A stretch of DNA of 64,000 bases from Chloroflexota bacterium (GCA_030447745.1 JAUJOH010000010.1:35374-99373); one strand, 5' to 3'; counted from the stretch's first letter, positions 31,417 through 42,049 are shown. Numbers and translations: made by a program. Notes: generated by a model not told the origin, from the letters alone.

Positions 31417-33339
31417 TCAGCCGGCGGCTGCCTCGCGGTCCATCGCCCGACGAAGATCGTCGTCCCGTCCCCGCTCGCGTCGCCGATCGTGCTGCGAGAG
31501 GGCGCGCTTCCGGAGCCGGATCGAGCGCGGCGTCACCTCGACCAGCTCGTCGCCGGCGATGAACTCGATCGCCGACTCGAGCGTCAGCGGCCGGGCCGGC
31601 GTGAGTCGCAGCGACTCGTCGTGGGCGTGGGTCCGGATGTTGGTCAGCTTCTTCTCCTTGGTCGGGTTGACGTCCATGTCGCCCGACCGCGAATTCTCGC
31701 CGACGATCATCCCCTCGTAGACCTCGACGCCGGCGCTGATGAACAGCTCCGCCCGCTGCTCCAGGTTGAACAGTCCGTAGGCGTTCGACGTCCCGGCCCG
31801 GTCGCTCACGAGGACGCCGTTCGTCCGGTGGGTCACCTCGCCGGCCCACGGCCCGTAGCCCTCGCCGATCTGGTGCAGGAGCGCCGTGCCGCGGGTGTCG
31901 GTCAGCAGCTGGCCCCGGTAGCCGATCAGCCCGCGCACCGGCAGGACGTACTCCAGGCGGACTCGCCCGTCAGTGTCCGTCGTCATCTGCTCGAGCCGGC
32001 CCTTCCGGCCGGCCAGCGCCTGCTGGATCTCGCCGATGTAGTCGGGCGGGATGTCGATCGTGATCCGCTCGTACGGCTCCTGGAGCTGGCCGCCGACCGT
32101 CCGCAGGATCACCTCCGGCCGGCTGACCGTCAGCTCGAACCCCTCTCGGCGCATCTGCTCGATGAGGACGGCGAGCTGGAGCTCGCCTCGGCCCCGGACC
32201 TCGAACGTGTCGCCGCTCCCGGTGGGGTGGATCTCGATCGAGACGTTGCCGAGGACCTCCCTGTCGAGGCGCGCCCGGATCTGCCGGCTCGTGACGTACC
32301 TCCCCTCGCGGCCGCTGAGCGGCGAGGTGTTGACGCCGAACGTCATCCGGAGCGTGGGCGCGTCGACGTCGAGCCGAGGGAGCGGGCGCGGATCGGCTGG
32401 ATCGGTCAGCGTGTCGCCGATCGTGACGTCCGGCAGCCCGGCGACCGACACGATGTCGCCCGGCCCGGCTTCCGGGATGTCGATCCGCTCGATGCCGCGC
32501 GCCGTCTGGAGCGCTGTCACGGTGCCGGTCAGCGTGACGACGCGCCCGGGCTCTACGGACCCGGCCGTGTCGTCCGGCTGATCGCGGACGACGCTGATCC
32601 GCTGGCCCATCCGAAGAAGGCCGTTGCGGATCCGCCCGACCGCCATCCGCCCCACGTATTCATTGGCCGCCAGGTTCGTCACGAGGAGCTGGAGCGGATG
32701 CCCCGGCTCGTGCCTCGGCGGAGGCGTCACGGCGACGAGCAGGTCGAGCAGCGGTCGGAGGTCCGTACCGGGCTCGTCGAGCGAGCGGGTCGCCGTGCCG
32801 GCCTTGGCGTTGGTGTAGACGACCGGAAAGTCGATCTGCTCGTTCGTCGCGCCGAGATCCATGAACAGCTCGAGGACCTCGTCGAGCACCTCCGCCGGGC
32901 GGGCGTCGGACCGGTCGATCTTGTTGAGCGCGACGACGACCGGCAGCCGGCGCGCCATCGCCTTCTGGAGGACGTAGCGCGTCTGGGGCAACGGACCCTC
33001 CGCTGCGTCGACGAGCAGCAGCACGGCATCGACCATCAGGAGGCCGCGCTCCACCTCGCCGCCGAAGTCGGCGTGCCCGGGCGTGTCGACGATGTTGAGC
33101 CGGACGCCGGCGTGGTCGACGGTGGTCTGCTTGGCGAGGATCGTGATGCCCTTCTCGCGCTCGAGGTCGCCCGAGTCGAGGACACGGTCGACGACCGCCT
33201 GGTTGGCGCGGAACGCGCCGGTCTGGCGGAGCATCCCGTCAACGAGGGTCGTCTTGCCGTGATCGACGTGCGCCACGATGGCGAGATTGCGGACGTCGGC
33301 CCGAACGGCGGGCACGGTGGAGCGGGCGAGGTCGGTCAT
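31417..33339 (-). CDS. typA: Translational GTPase TypA/BipA
   Basis: [55 protein letters not shown]. Confidence 0.96.
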   Translation of the reverse strand: MTDLARSTVPAVRADVRNLAIVAHVDHGKTTLVDGMLRQTGAFRANQAVVDRVLDSGDLEREKGITILAKQTTVDHAGVRLNIVDTPGHADFGGEVERGLLMVDAVLLLVDAAEGPLPQTRYVLQKAMARRLPVVVALNKIDRSDARPAEVLDEVLELFMDLGATNEQIDFPVVYTNAKAGTATRSLDEPGTDLRPLLDLLVAVTPPPRHEPGHPLQLLVTNLAANEYVGRMAVGRIRNGLLRMGQRISVVRDQPDDTAGSVEPGRVVTLTGTVTALQTARGIERIDIPEAGPGDIVSVAGLPDVTIGDTLTDPADPRPLPRLDVDAPTLRMTFGVNTSPLSGREGRYVTSRQIRARLDREVLGNVSIEIHPTGSGDTFEVRGRGELQLAVLIEQMRREGFELTVSRPEVILRTVGGQLQEPYERITIDIPPDYIGEIQQALAGRKGRLEQMTTDTDGRVRLEYVLPVRGLIGYRGQLLTDTRGTALLHQIGEGYGPWAGEVTHRTNGVLVSDRAGTSNAYGLFNLEQRAELFISAGVEVYEGMIVGENSRSGDMDVNPTKEKKLTNIRTHAHDESLRLTPARPLTLESAIEFIAGDELVEVTPRSIRLRKRALSQHDRRRERGRDDDLRRAMDREAAAG

Positions 33340-33602
33340 GGGCCGGCGCAGTGTCGCACATCGCGGTTCGCAGCGGCCGCCACGGCCGCGGATCGGGTGC
33401 AGGCCGGTCGCGCCGGTCGCGGTCCGGGCGGACGCGCCCGATCATCGGGTGGGCGCCGGCCCGCCCGGGCCCGTCCGCGGCGGACCGTCCGGGCGACTGA
33501 GCCCGCGCCGGCCGGACGCCGGATCGACGAGCCAGTACACCGCGGCCGGCCAGCGTGCCGGTCCGTCCCGGCCGGCACACCGCGAGCGGCTACCATCAGC
33601 CC

Positions 33603-34322
33603 GTGACCGTCGCCGCCGTCGTCCTCGCCGCGAGCCCCGATTCGGCCGTCGCGGACGCGGACGGGATGCCGTCCGTCCGGCGGATCGCGGACGTCGCGTG
33701 GGCGGGCGGCGCCGTTCCGATCGTTGTCGTGGCCGATGATCCGGACGGCTCGGTGGCGCAGGCGCTTGCCGGTTCCGCCGTCACGCTCGCCGAGCCCGCG
33801 CCGGCCGACCATGGCCCTGTCGGTCAGATCGTGCGCGGGGTGGAGGTCGCCATGGCCGCGATCAACGAGACGCTCGCGGCGCTGGTCTGGCCGGCGACGA
33901 TGACCTGGGTCGGCCCGGAGACCGTCACCTCGCTCATCGAGGCCCACGGGCCGTCGCCGGACGAGATCCTGCGACCGGCATTCGACGGCGCGAACGGCTG
34001 GCCGGCGCTCGTGCCTCTCGGCAGCGTCGGCCGGCTCGCGGCGCTCGCCGCCGACCGAACGCCGGACGACCTGCTCGCCGACCTCGCGTCGACCGGGGTC
34101 GGGACGCGCACGCTGGACCTCGGCGACCCGGGCGCCGTCCACGACCGCTCCACGCCGCGGTCGTCACTGCCCGCGTACTCGGGCCCGGCACAGCCGGCCG
34201 CGGGACACATGCACGAGTGGGGTGCAGGCGTGGCGGACCACGGCGATGACCATCCGCTGGAGGGCCCGTCGCTCGCCCCGTACGGGCAGGCTGTCGCGGA
34301 GGACCCCGGCCAGCCAGGCTGA
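33603..34322 (+). CDS. MobA/MocA-like NTP-transferase-fold protein, degenerate
   Basis: VAAVVLAA...ALVWPATM...P.FDG..GWP...DLGDPG..HD. Lacks the GxSxRxG...K motif. Confidence 0.6.
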   Translation: MTVAAVVLAASPDSAVADADGMPSVRRIADVAWAGGAVPIVVVADDPDGSVAQALAGSAVTLAEPAPADHGPVGQIVRGVEVAMAAINETLAALVWPATMTWVGPETVTSLIEAHGPSPDEILRPAFDGANGWPALVPLGSVGRLAALAADRTPDDLLADLASTGVGTRTLDLGDPGAVHDRSTPRSSLPAYSGPAQPAAGHMHEWGAGVADHGDDHPLEGPSLAPYGQAVAEDPGQPG

Positions 34323-34338
34323 GACGGTCCTCGGACCT

Positions 34339-35310
34339 TCAGCCGGACGCCGCGGCCGGCACGGACGGCCGGAGCCGACCGAGCGGCACGGTGGCGACGG
34401 CAATCCCGCCGACGACGAGGCACACACCGATCAGCTGCGCGATCGACGGCGCTTCGCCGAGGAGCACCATCGCCAGCGCGACCGTGGCGACGGGCTGCGC
34501 GAGCAGGATGATCGAGGTCAGGACGGCGGGCAGGCGCGGGAGCGACAGCGAGATCAACAGGTAGCCGAGGGACTGCGACGTGACGCCGTAGGCAAGGAGC
34601 CAGGCGTGCTCGGGCCACGTGACGGCGAGCTGCAGCTCGCCGAGCGGTGCGCCGACGGCCCCCGCGACGAGCGCCGTCGAGAGCGTGGCCACGGCCACCG
34701 GTCCCGCCGGCCGCCGCGCGTCGCGCCCGCTGCGCCGGATCACGAGCAGGTAGCCCGCGTAGCTGAACGCCGTGGCCACGCCGAGGACCACCCCGAGGGC
34801 CGGATTCTCCCCGTACGCGTTCGCGTCGATCAGCCCTGAGATCAGGACGATGCCGACGAGGACGACCGGCAGCGCCACGAGGATCGCCCGGGACGGCCGC
34901 TCCCGGAAGACGAGCCACGCGACGAGTCCGACGACCAGGACCTGCAGGTTGGCGAGCACGGTCGCCAGGCCGGCGCCGACGTGCTCGATGGCGTGGTGCC
35001 AGAACGTCAGGTCCGCGGCGAAGAACCCGCCGGCCACGGTCGCCAGCGCCACCGTCCGCCGGTCGAGGCCGCCGTGCCGGCGGTGCTCGAGCCAGGCCAC
35101 GAGCGCCAGGAGCGGCAGGCCGTACAGGCACCGGAAGACGGTCGCCGTGGCGGGCGGGACGTCGCTGTAGCGGTAGAAGATCCCGGAGAACGCGATGCAC
35201 ATCGCCCCGAGCAGCGCCGACAGCCGGGGGCGCGCCGCGAGCGCGGCGAGGACGGCCGGTCCGCGATCCTCCTCCCGATCCGCCCCGCCGGCGGACCCGG
35301 GAGCGGTCAC
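34339..35310 (-). CDS. DMT/EamA family transporter
   Basis: About ten TMs; GAMCIAFSGIF, FWHHAIEHVGAGLATVLANLQ, LLAQPVAT...LLGE. Confidence 0.88.
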   Translation of the reverse strand: MTAPGSAGGADREEDRGPAVLAALAARPRLSALLGAMCIAFSGIFYRYSDVPPATATVFRCLYGLPLLALVAWLEHRRHGGLDRRTVALATVAGGFFAADLTFWHHAIEHVGAGLATVLANLQVLVVGLVAWLVFRERPSRAILVALPVVLVGIVLISGLIDANAYGENPALGVVLGVATAFSYAGYLLVIRRSGRDARRPAGPVAVATLSTALVAGAVGAPLGELQLAVTWPEHAWLLAYGVTSQSLGYLLISLSLPRLPAVLTSIILLAQPVATVALAMVLLGEAPSIAQLIGVCLVVGGIAVATVPLGRLRPSVPAAASG

Positions 35311-37217
35311 GGCCTCGGCTGCGATTCGGACGCCGCCGGTATCGTGGCCCCGGTGGAGCGCGGCGTGCCCACGAACCGCAGCCCGAGCTCTGCGTACTGC
35401 TCGGGGGCCGGCGGAGCAGGTGCCTCGAGCATCGGGTCGGCCCCCGACTGGGTCTTCGGGAACGCCATCACCTCGCGGATGTTCGTCTGGTAGGCCAACA
35501 GCGCCGCCCAGCGATCGATCCCGAGCGCGATGCCACCGTGGGGCGGCGCGCCGTACTCGAACGCCTCGAGCACGGCGCCGAACCGCTCGTGCATCTGCTC
35601 GATGCTGTAGCCCTGGAGCCCGAAGCTTCGCTCGAGGAGGTCCCGGCGGTGGATCCGGACAGAGCCGCCGCCGAGCTCCCAGCCGTTGAGCACCACGTCG
35701 TACTGAAGCGCACGCGCCTGACCGGCGGCGTCCTCCGGCGACGGCCTGGCCGGGTCGCCGGACTTCGTCACGAGCAGCGGCTCGTCCTCCGGCACGACAT
35801 CGCTGAACGGGTTGTGGGTCGCGTCCCACCGGCCACCCTCGGCGTCCCACTGGTACATCGGAAAACGGTGAACCCAGCAGTAGGCCAGGACATCCGGGTC
35901 GGCCACGCCGAGCCGCCCGGCCAGCTCGACCCGCAGGCGCCCCAGCACGTCGCTCGTGGTGTCGGCGTCGTCGGCGACCATCAGGATCAGGTCGCCCTCC
36001 GCGGCACCGGTGCGCTCCGCGATCGCGGCGGTGCGCTCGTCGCCGAGGAACTTCGCGATCGGCGACCGGATCGCGCTGCCCGGCTCGACCGCGGCCCACG
36101 CCAGCCCCTTCGCGCCGAACCGCCGCGCTGTCTCGGTCAGGTCGTCGATCTCTCGGCGCGTTGCGCCGCCCATGCCGCGCGCAACGATGGCCTTGACCCG
36201 CCCGCCGCCGGTGAGTGCCTCGTCGAAGACGCGGAACCCGGACGCGGGCGTTCCCTCGTCGTCCACCAGCGCCGGCGCGAGGTCGACGAGCTCCATCCCG
36301 TAGCGGAGATCCGGCTTGTCCGAGCCGAACCGCTCCATCGCCTCCTCGTACGTGAGGCGCGGGAACGGCGCGTCCTGGATCGGGCGCTCGGGCGTCGTCG
36401 CCCTCGAGACCTCGACCACCATCCACTCGGCGAAGTCCATGACCGCCGCCTCGTCGACGAAGCTCATCTCCAGATCGAGCTGTGTGAACTCCGGCTGCCG
36501 ATCGCCCCGGAGATCCTCATCGCGGTAGCACCGGGCGATCTGGAAGTAGCGGTCGATCCCGCCCACCATGAGGATCTGCTTGAGCTGCTGTGGGCTCTGG
36601 GGCAGCGCATAGACGGTTCCCGGCTGGAGCCGCGACGGGACGATGAAGTCGCGCGCGCCCTCCGGGGTGGACTTGATGAGGGTCGGCGTCTCGACCTCGA
36701 TGAAGCCGCTGGCGTGGTGCACCTCGCGGATCGCCTGCACGAGCCGGCTCCTCAGGAGGAGCCTCCGCTGCATCGCCTCGCGGCGGATGTCGAGGTAGCG
36801 GTACTTGAGGCGGAGCGTCTCGTCGATCGGCGCGTCCGGGTCGTTGACGTAGAACGGCGGCGTGCGCGCCTCGTTGAGGACGGTCACGTGCGTGGCGCGC
36901 AGCTCCACGTCCCCGGTCGGAAGTCGCGGATTCTCCGTCCCGGGCAGCCGGCGCGCCACGCGGCCGCGGAGGCCGAGCACGAACTCGTTGCGGACGCGAC
37001 TCGCCGTGGCGTGCGCGGCCGGCTGATCCGTACGGTCGACCACGACCTGGGTGATGCCGTGCCGGTCTCGGACGTCGAGGAAGATCAGCTGGCCGTGGTC
37101 GCGACGCCGGTGGACCCAGCCGGCGAGCGAGGCCTCCGAGCCTTCGTCGTCGACGCGCAGCTCGCCGCACGTGTGGCTCCGGAAGGGCGTGGCGAGGCTC
37201 GGCGCGGGGTCGGTCAT
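35307..37217 (-). CDS. aspS: Aspartate--tRNA ligase
   Basis: RSHTCGEL, GWVHRRRDHG, STPEGARDF, LPQSPQ, YRDEDLRGDRQPEFTQLD, GGGSVRIH, GAPPHGGIALG. Confidence 0.96.
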   Translation of the reverse strand: MTDPAPSLATPFRSHTCGELRVDDEGSEASLAGWVHRRRDHGQLIFLDVRDRHGITQVVVDRTDQPAAHATASRVRNEFVLGLRGRVARRLPGTENPRLPTGDVELRATHVTVLNEARTPPFYVNDPDAPIDETLRLKYRYLDIRREAMQRRLLLRSRLVQAIREVHHASGFIEVETPTLIKSTPEGARDFIVPSRLQPGTVYALPQSPQQLKQILMVGGIDRYFQIARCYRDEDLRGDRQPEFTQLDLEMSFVDEAAVMDFAEWMVVEVSRATTPERPIQDAPFPRLTYEEAMERFGSDKPDLRYGMELVDLAPALVDDEGTPASGFRVFDEALTGGGRVKAIVARGMGGATRREIDDLTETARRFGAKGLAWAAVEPGSAIRSPIAKFLGDERTAAIAERTGAAEGDLILMVADDADTTSDVLGRLRVELAGRLGVADPDVLAYCWVHRFPMYQWDAEGGRWDATHNPFSDVVPEDEPLLVTKSGDPARPSPEDAAGQARALQYDVVLNGWELGGGSVRIHRRDLLERSFGLQGYSIEQMHERFGAVLEAFEYGAPPHGGIALGIDRWAALLAYQTNIREVMAFPKTQSGADPMLEAPAPPAPEQYAELGLRFVGTPRSTGATIPAASESQPRP

Positions 37218-37261
37218 GGCCGCCGTATCGTACGGGAGCCAACCGGGTGGGCCGAGCCGAG

Positions 37262-38539
37262 TCAGGCGACCGTGGCCTTGCGGCGAAGCAGTGCCGGCAG
37301 GTCCGCCAGCGGCACCGGCTTCTGCGACGCCGCCCCCAGGTCGCGCAGCTGGACGAGCCCGTCGGCCAGCTCGTCGCCGACGATCACCGCGAAGCGCGCG
37401 CCCTCGCGCACGGCCGCCTCGAGCTGCCGGCCGAGCTTCCGCTGCGCGAGATCGGCACGGACGGACAGGCCGCCCGCGCGGAGCTCCGTGGCGATGCGGA
37501 GCCGGGCTGCCGTGGCGCCGGGCTCCGCGCCGACAACGACGGCCAGCGGGACGGGTTCCGTGACCGAATCGGCGCCCTGCGCCTCGAGCGCGAGCACGAC
37601 CCGATCCAGCCCGATCCCGAACCCGATGCCCGGCGTCGGCCGGCCGCCGAGCCGCTCCACGAGCCCGTCGTAGCGACCGCCGCCGCCGAGCGCCGACTGC
37701 GTTCCCCGGGCACCGACCGGAAAGAACTCCCAGGCAGTCCGGACGTAGTAGTCGAGCCCGCGGACGAGCCGCGCGTCGACGACGTAGCGGATCCCGAGCG
37801 CGTCGAGGTGCGCGCGGACCTCGCCGAAGTGCGCGGCGCACTCGGCGCACAGCCGATCGGTGATGGTCGGGGCATCGGCGTTCAGCTCGACCATGGCCGG
37901 TTCCTTCGAGTCCAGCAGCCGGAGGGGGTTGCGCTCGAGGCGCTGGCGCTCGAGCGCCGGGAGCCGGTGGATCCGGGCCCGGTAGAACGCGGCGAGGGCC
38001 TCGACGTAGGCCGGGCGGCAGGCCTCGTCGCCGATCGAGTTGACGTAGGCATCCGGCGGGTTGAGGCCGGCCTCCGCGTAGAAGCGGAACGCGAGCTCGA
38101 TCAGCTCCGCGTCGACCGCGGGCCCCGGATCGCCGAAGACCTCCACGTCGAACTGCCAGAACTGCCGGTAGCGGCCCGCCTGCGGCCGGTCGTAGCGGAA
38201 CATCGGCCCGGTCGTGGTGAGACGCACCGGCTGCGGCCACGTCTGCATGCCGTGCTGCACATACGCCCGGACGAGCCCGGCGGTCGGCTCGGGTCGGAGC
38301 GCCCATGTCTCGCCTTCCCCGGAGCGCGGCGCCAGCCGGAACAGCTCCTTCTCGACGACGTCGGTCGCCTCGCCCACGCCGCGCTCGAAGACGCCCGTCT
38401 GCTCGAAGAGCGGCGTCTCGATCGGGCGGAAGCCGTACCGGGCGGCGAGCTCGGCGGCGATCCGCTCGAGCCTGACGAACGCGGTCCGCTCCGGCGGGAG
38501 AAGGTCGCGCGTGCCGCGCGGGGCGCGGAAGCTGGGCAT
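37262..38539 (-). CDS. hisS: Histidine--tRNA ligase
   Basis: PRGTRD, LRPEPTAG, FRYDRPQAGRYRQF, LVRGLDYY, GGGRYD. Confidence 0.96.
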   Translation of the reverse strand: MPSFRAPRGTRDLLPPERTAFVRLERIAAELAARYGFRPIETPLFEQTGVFERGVGEATDVVEKELFRLAPRSGEGETWALRPEPTAGLVRAYVQHGMQTWPQPVRLTTTGPMFRYDRPQAGRYRQFWQFDVEVFGDPGPAVDAELIELAFRFYAEAGLNPPDAYVNSIGDEACRPAYVEALAAFYRARIHRLPALERQRLERNPLRLLDSKEPAMVELNADAPTITDRLCAECAAHFGEVRAHLDALGIRYVVDARLVRGLDYYVRTAWEFFPVGARGTQSALGGGGRYDGLVERLGGRPTPGIGFGIGLDRVVLALEAQGADSVTEPVPLAVVVGAEPGATAARLRIATELRAGGLSVRADLAQRKLGRQLEAAVREGARFAVIVGDELADGLVQLRDLGAASQKPVPLADLPALLRRKATVA

Positions 38540-38541
38540 CG

Positions 38542-40791
38542 CTACCCGAGGTCGCGCTGGACCGAAAGAACGTCCTTCAGCTGTTCGATCCGGCCCATCA
38601 CCCGCGCCAGCTGGGCGACCGAGGCGACCTGCAGCGTCGCGGTCACGATCGCCGTGTGGTCCGGGTTCACGTTGACCGATGCGGCGAGGATGTTGACCCT
38701 GTTCTCCGCCACGACCTGGGTGATGTCGTTCAGCAAGCCGGTCCGGTCGTAGGCCTCGACCCGGATGGCGATCGGGTACGTCGCGGCCGGAGCCGCCTCC
38801 CACTCGACGTCGATGAGCCGCGACACCTCGCGCTCGTTGATGACCGTCGGGCAGGAGTGCAGGTGGACGGTGACGCCCTTGCCGCGCGTGATGAAGCCGA
38901 CGATCGGGTCGCCCGGGATGGGGTGGCAGCACTTGGCGAACCGGACGAGCAGGTCACCGACGCCCTTGACGCGCACGCCGCCGGTCCGGGCCGGGACGCT
39001 GGACGGGGCGACCGTCGGCAGCGCCGTCTGCCCGTCGTCGACGACGCCCAGCCGCATGACGACCTGCTGGGCGGAGATGGCGCCGTAGCCGATGGCAGCG
39101 AAGAAGTCGTCCGCCTGCTCGAAGTTGTAGAGCCGCGCGGTCTCCGCGATCCGGTCGTGCCCGACCGCACCGACGTTCGTCCGTGCCAGCCGACGGAGCT
39201 CCCGCTCGAGCGCCTCGCGGCCGTGGACGATGTTCTCGTCACGGTCCTTGCGCTTGAACCACTGGCGGATCTTTTCGCGGGCGTGCGAGGTGCGGACGAC
39301 GTTCATCCAGTCGCGCGACGGGCCGTGCTCGCCCTTGGTCGTCACGATCTCGACGATGTCGCCGTTCTTGAGCCGGTAGTCGAGCGGAACGAGCCGGTTG
39401 TTGACCTTGGCGCCGATCGTCCGGTGCCCGACGTCCGTGTGGATCCGGTACGCGAAGTCGAGCGGGGTGGCGCCGGCCGGCAGGTCCTTGATGTCGCCCT
39501 TCGGCGTGAACACGAAGACCTGGTCCTGGAAGATGTCGAGCTTGATGCCCTCGACGAACTCGGTGGCGTCGGAGACGTCCCGCTGCCAGTCCATCAGCTG
39601 GCGGAGCCAGGCCAGCTTCGCGTCGTACTCGCGGTCAGACTTCGAGCCTTCCTTGTACCGCCAGTGAGCCGCGATGCCGACCTCGGACACCTGGTGCATC
39701 TGGTGCGTCCGGATCTGGATCTCGAGCGGCTTGCCGTCGAGCGCGATCACGGCCGTGTGGAGCGACTGGTAGAGGTTGTTCTTGGGGACCGCGATGTAGT
39801 CGTCGAACTGACCCGGGATCGGCCGCCACAGGGCGTGGACGATGCCGAGCGCGGCGTAGCAGTCCCGGACGTCCTCGACCAGGATCCGGATCGCATAGAC
39901 GTCGTAGATCTCGCCGAACTCGGCGGACTTGCGCTGCATCTTCTTGAAGATGCTGTAGATGTGCTTCGGCCGGCCCTGCAGGTCCGCCTGGATGCCGGCC
40001 TGCTTGAGCCGGGGCTCGAGCTCCGCGATCGCGCGCTCGATGTAGCCCTCGCGGCCATGACGCCGCGTGTCGAGCAGGCGGGCCAGCTCGCGGAAGCGCT
40101 GCGGCTCCAGGATCTTGAAGGCGAGGTCCTCGAGCTCCCACTTCATCTGCCAGATCCCGAGCCGCTCGGCAAGCGGCGCGTAGATCTCCATCGTCTGGCG
40201 CGCGATCCGGAGCTGCTTCTCCGACGGCAGGGCGTACAGCGTCCGCATGTTGTGGAGGCGGTCGGCCAGCTTGATGAGGACGACCCGGATGTCCTCGGCC
40301 ATGGCCAGCAGCATCTTCCGGATGTTCTCCGCCTGCTGCTGCTCGTGGCTGTGCGTGCTGAACTTCGAGAGCTTGGTGACGCCGTCGACGAGCCGCGCGA
40401 CCTCGCCGCCGAACCGCTCCTCGACGTCGCTCAGGCTGTACTCGGTGTCCTCGGGAACGTCGTGCAGAAGCGCGGCGAGGACGGCCACCGGGTCAATCCC
40501 GAGGTCCGCGAGGATCTGCGCCGAGGCGATCGGGTGGGTGACGTACGGCTCCCCGGAGGACCGCTTCTGCGAGGCGTGGGCATCGACGGCGAGGTCGAAC
40601 GCACGGCCGACCGGCTCGAGATCGACCTGCGGGTAGTGACTCGCGAGCGTCGCGAGCAGGTGCTGGCGAAGGGCCGCGATGTCGACGGCCTCGCCCGGCC
40701 GCAGGGGGGCTGGGCGCGCCGGCGTCAGCGAGCGCCGAGGCCCGCGACGGGGCGGGGCGGTCTCGGCGGGCTTGGTGCGCGGTGTGGCCAT
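38542..40791 (-). CDS. relA: Bifunctional (p)ppGpp synthetase/hydrolase Rel
   Basis: SGEPY..HP, LLHDVPED, KLADRLHNMRT, PKNNLYQSLHT, EIQIRT, plus TGS and ACT domains. Confidence 0.96.
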   Translation of the reverse strand: MATPRTKPAETAPPRRGPRRSLTPARPAPLRPGEAVDIAALRQHLLATLASHYPQVDLEPVGRAFDLAVDAHASQKRSSGEPYVTHPIASAQILADLGIDPVAVLAALLHDVPEDTEYSLSDVEERFGGEVARLVDGVTKLSKFSTHSHEQQQAENIRKMLLAMAEDIRVVLIKLADRLHNMRTLYALPSEKQLRIARQTMEIYAPLAERLGIWQMKWELEDLAFKILEPQRFRELARLLDTRRHGREGYIERAIAELEPRLKQAGIQADLQGRPKHIYSIFKKMQRKSAEFGEIYDVYAIRILVEDVRDCYAALGIVHALWRPIPGQFDDYIAVPKNNLYQSLHTAVIALDGKPLEIQIRTHQMHQVSEVGIAAHWRYKEGSKSDREYDAKLAWLRQLMDWQRDVSDATEFVEGIKLDIFQDQVFVFTPKGDIKDLPAGATPLDFAYRIHTDVGHRTIGAKVNNRLVPLDYRLKNGDIVEIVTTKGEHGPSRDWMNVVRTSHAREKIRQWFKRKDRDENIVHGREALERELRRLARTNVGAVGHDRIAETARLYNFEQADDFFAAIGYGAISAQQVVMRLGVVDDGQTALPTVAPSSVPARTGGVRVKGVGDLLVRFAKCCHPIPGDPIVGFITRGKGVTVHLHSCPTVINEREVSRLIDVEWEAAPAATYPIAIRVEAYDRTGLLNDITQVVAENRVNILAASVNVNPDHTAIVTATLQVASVAQLARVMGRIEQLKDVLSVQRDLG

Positions 40792-40801
40792 CGTGCTCGG
40801 G

Positions 40802-40810
40802 AGGATAGCA
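40802..40810 (-). promoter_or_regulatory. Extended -10 (TGcTATCCT) 10 nt before the relA ATG
   Basis: TGn plus TAnnnT. Confidence 0.5.
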
Positions 40811-41099
40811 GCGCCCTTGGCCCTCGCCCGCGGGGGCGTCGGCGGGCCTGGCTGGGACGCGACGCTCCGCGGGCCGGGTTGGGAGGCCGCGGCGCCGCTG
40901 TTGGACCGCTGCCGCGGGCGTGTGGGCCGGCCATCCCGGGGTCGGGCCCCGTGGCGGCCGGCGAACCCAACGGGCGTGTGGGCCGGCCATCCTGGCCCGG
41001 ATCGGGCCAGCGTGGCGTGGACCGCCGGCGCCGTCCGTCCAAGGGTCTCACCGGCTCGCCGGTGGTCGGTTGGACCGCTGGCGAACCCACGGGCCGTCA

Positions 41100-41470
41100 G
41101 GACTTGAACTGCTGCGGGTGGATCGGGCACGACAACCCAGATGGCCTCACCGGCTCGTACTCCGTGAATGAGCAACTACCACGACACGTACATCAGCGAG
41201 GGGCGGAGGCAACTCGGGGTCTAGGTTTCGAGATCCGGATCCACGACCAGTACTTCTTCAACTTCGTCGGGAGGTGGAACACCAACCTTCCGTGGACGGG
41301 GCAGGCAGAGAGCGAGAACGCCGCGGAGGAGCTTCAGCAGGGCTACACGGAAATCGCGGGAGCCGCGAGACATTAACGTGGCAGATTGGGCCGCGCACTA
41401 CACCGAGATTGAGTGGTGGCGTGGCCTGCAGCTACGACGTCACCGGAAGCTTCGGGAAGGGCAGTGAGTG
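41100..41470 (+). pseudogene. Decayed fragment of an unknown protein gene
   Basis: Locally lower GC with protein-like pieces DQYFFNFVGRWNTNLPWTGQAESENAAEELQQGYTEI and DINVADWAAHYTEIEWW. No clear start. Confidence 0.35.
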
Positions 41471-41705
41471 ACCGCGGGGGACCCGGGCGCCGCCCGTCGC
41501 GCTTATCGTCGCGGGCCTGGTCGCTTTCGTGACGACATACGCGGTGCGCGCGGCTCACGCGCGTCCGCCGCGATGAGCATCGCGCAATGGTGGGGGCGCC
41601 CGGGCCGACCAGTACTTCTTCAACTCCGTCGGGAGGTGGAACACCAACCTTGCGTGGACTGGGCAGGCGGAGAGCGAGAACGCCGCCGAGGAGCGTCCGC
41701 AGGGC
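41244..41705. repeat. Direct repeat, two 100-bp copies (41244-41343 and 41606-41705), 7 mismatches
   Basis: Manual alignment of CGACCAGTACTTCTTCAAC...GCAGGGC, no indels. Confidence 0.9.
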
Positions 41706-42049
41706 CATGAGAAAGTCCCCACTGGTGGCGTCGCCGGTCGCCACACGAGGCGACCGTTCGTTTCACCTGCCCACGGCCGTGGTAGCGGGCGCACAAACCG
41801 CTTCAGCCAGCAACCACGCCCGCTCGATGAAACGGACGAGCCGATGCGAGACCCGGGTTGGGCTCACACGAGGCACGTCGCGGCGAGAACACGGCGACGT
41901 GGCACTTCGCGTGCCACGGGGGTTGGTGGATGAACAAAACCGCACGGCGGCGCGGCTCCCGACCGGGACGTAACGCCGGATCACCTTGAGTGGCGTTTCC
42001 TTGGACCGGACGGATCCGTCATTCAGAAAGGCGAAGGCATTCTCGCAGC

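Noticed and set aside
41244..41705. Diversity-generating retroelement TR/VR pair
   Set aside because: The seven mismatches (T/C, C/G, G/T, A/G, G/C, T/G, A/C) are not adenine-specific on either strand, and there is no reverse transcriptase in the window.
41705..41945. RNase P RNA (GAGAAAGTCC ... AACAAAACC resemble its terminal motifs)
   Set aside because: Both motifs are imperfect, cannot form P4, and the internal conserved motifs are absent.
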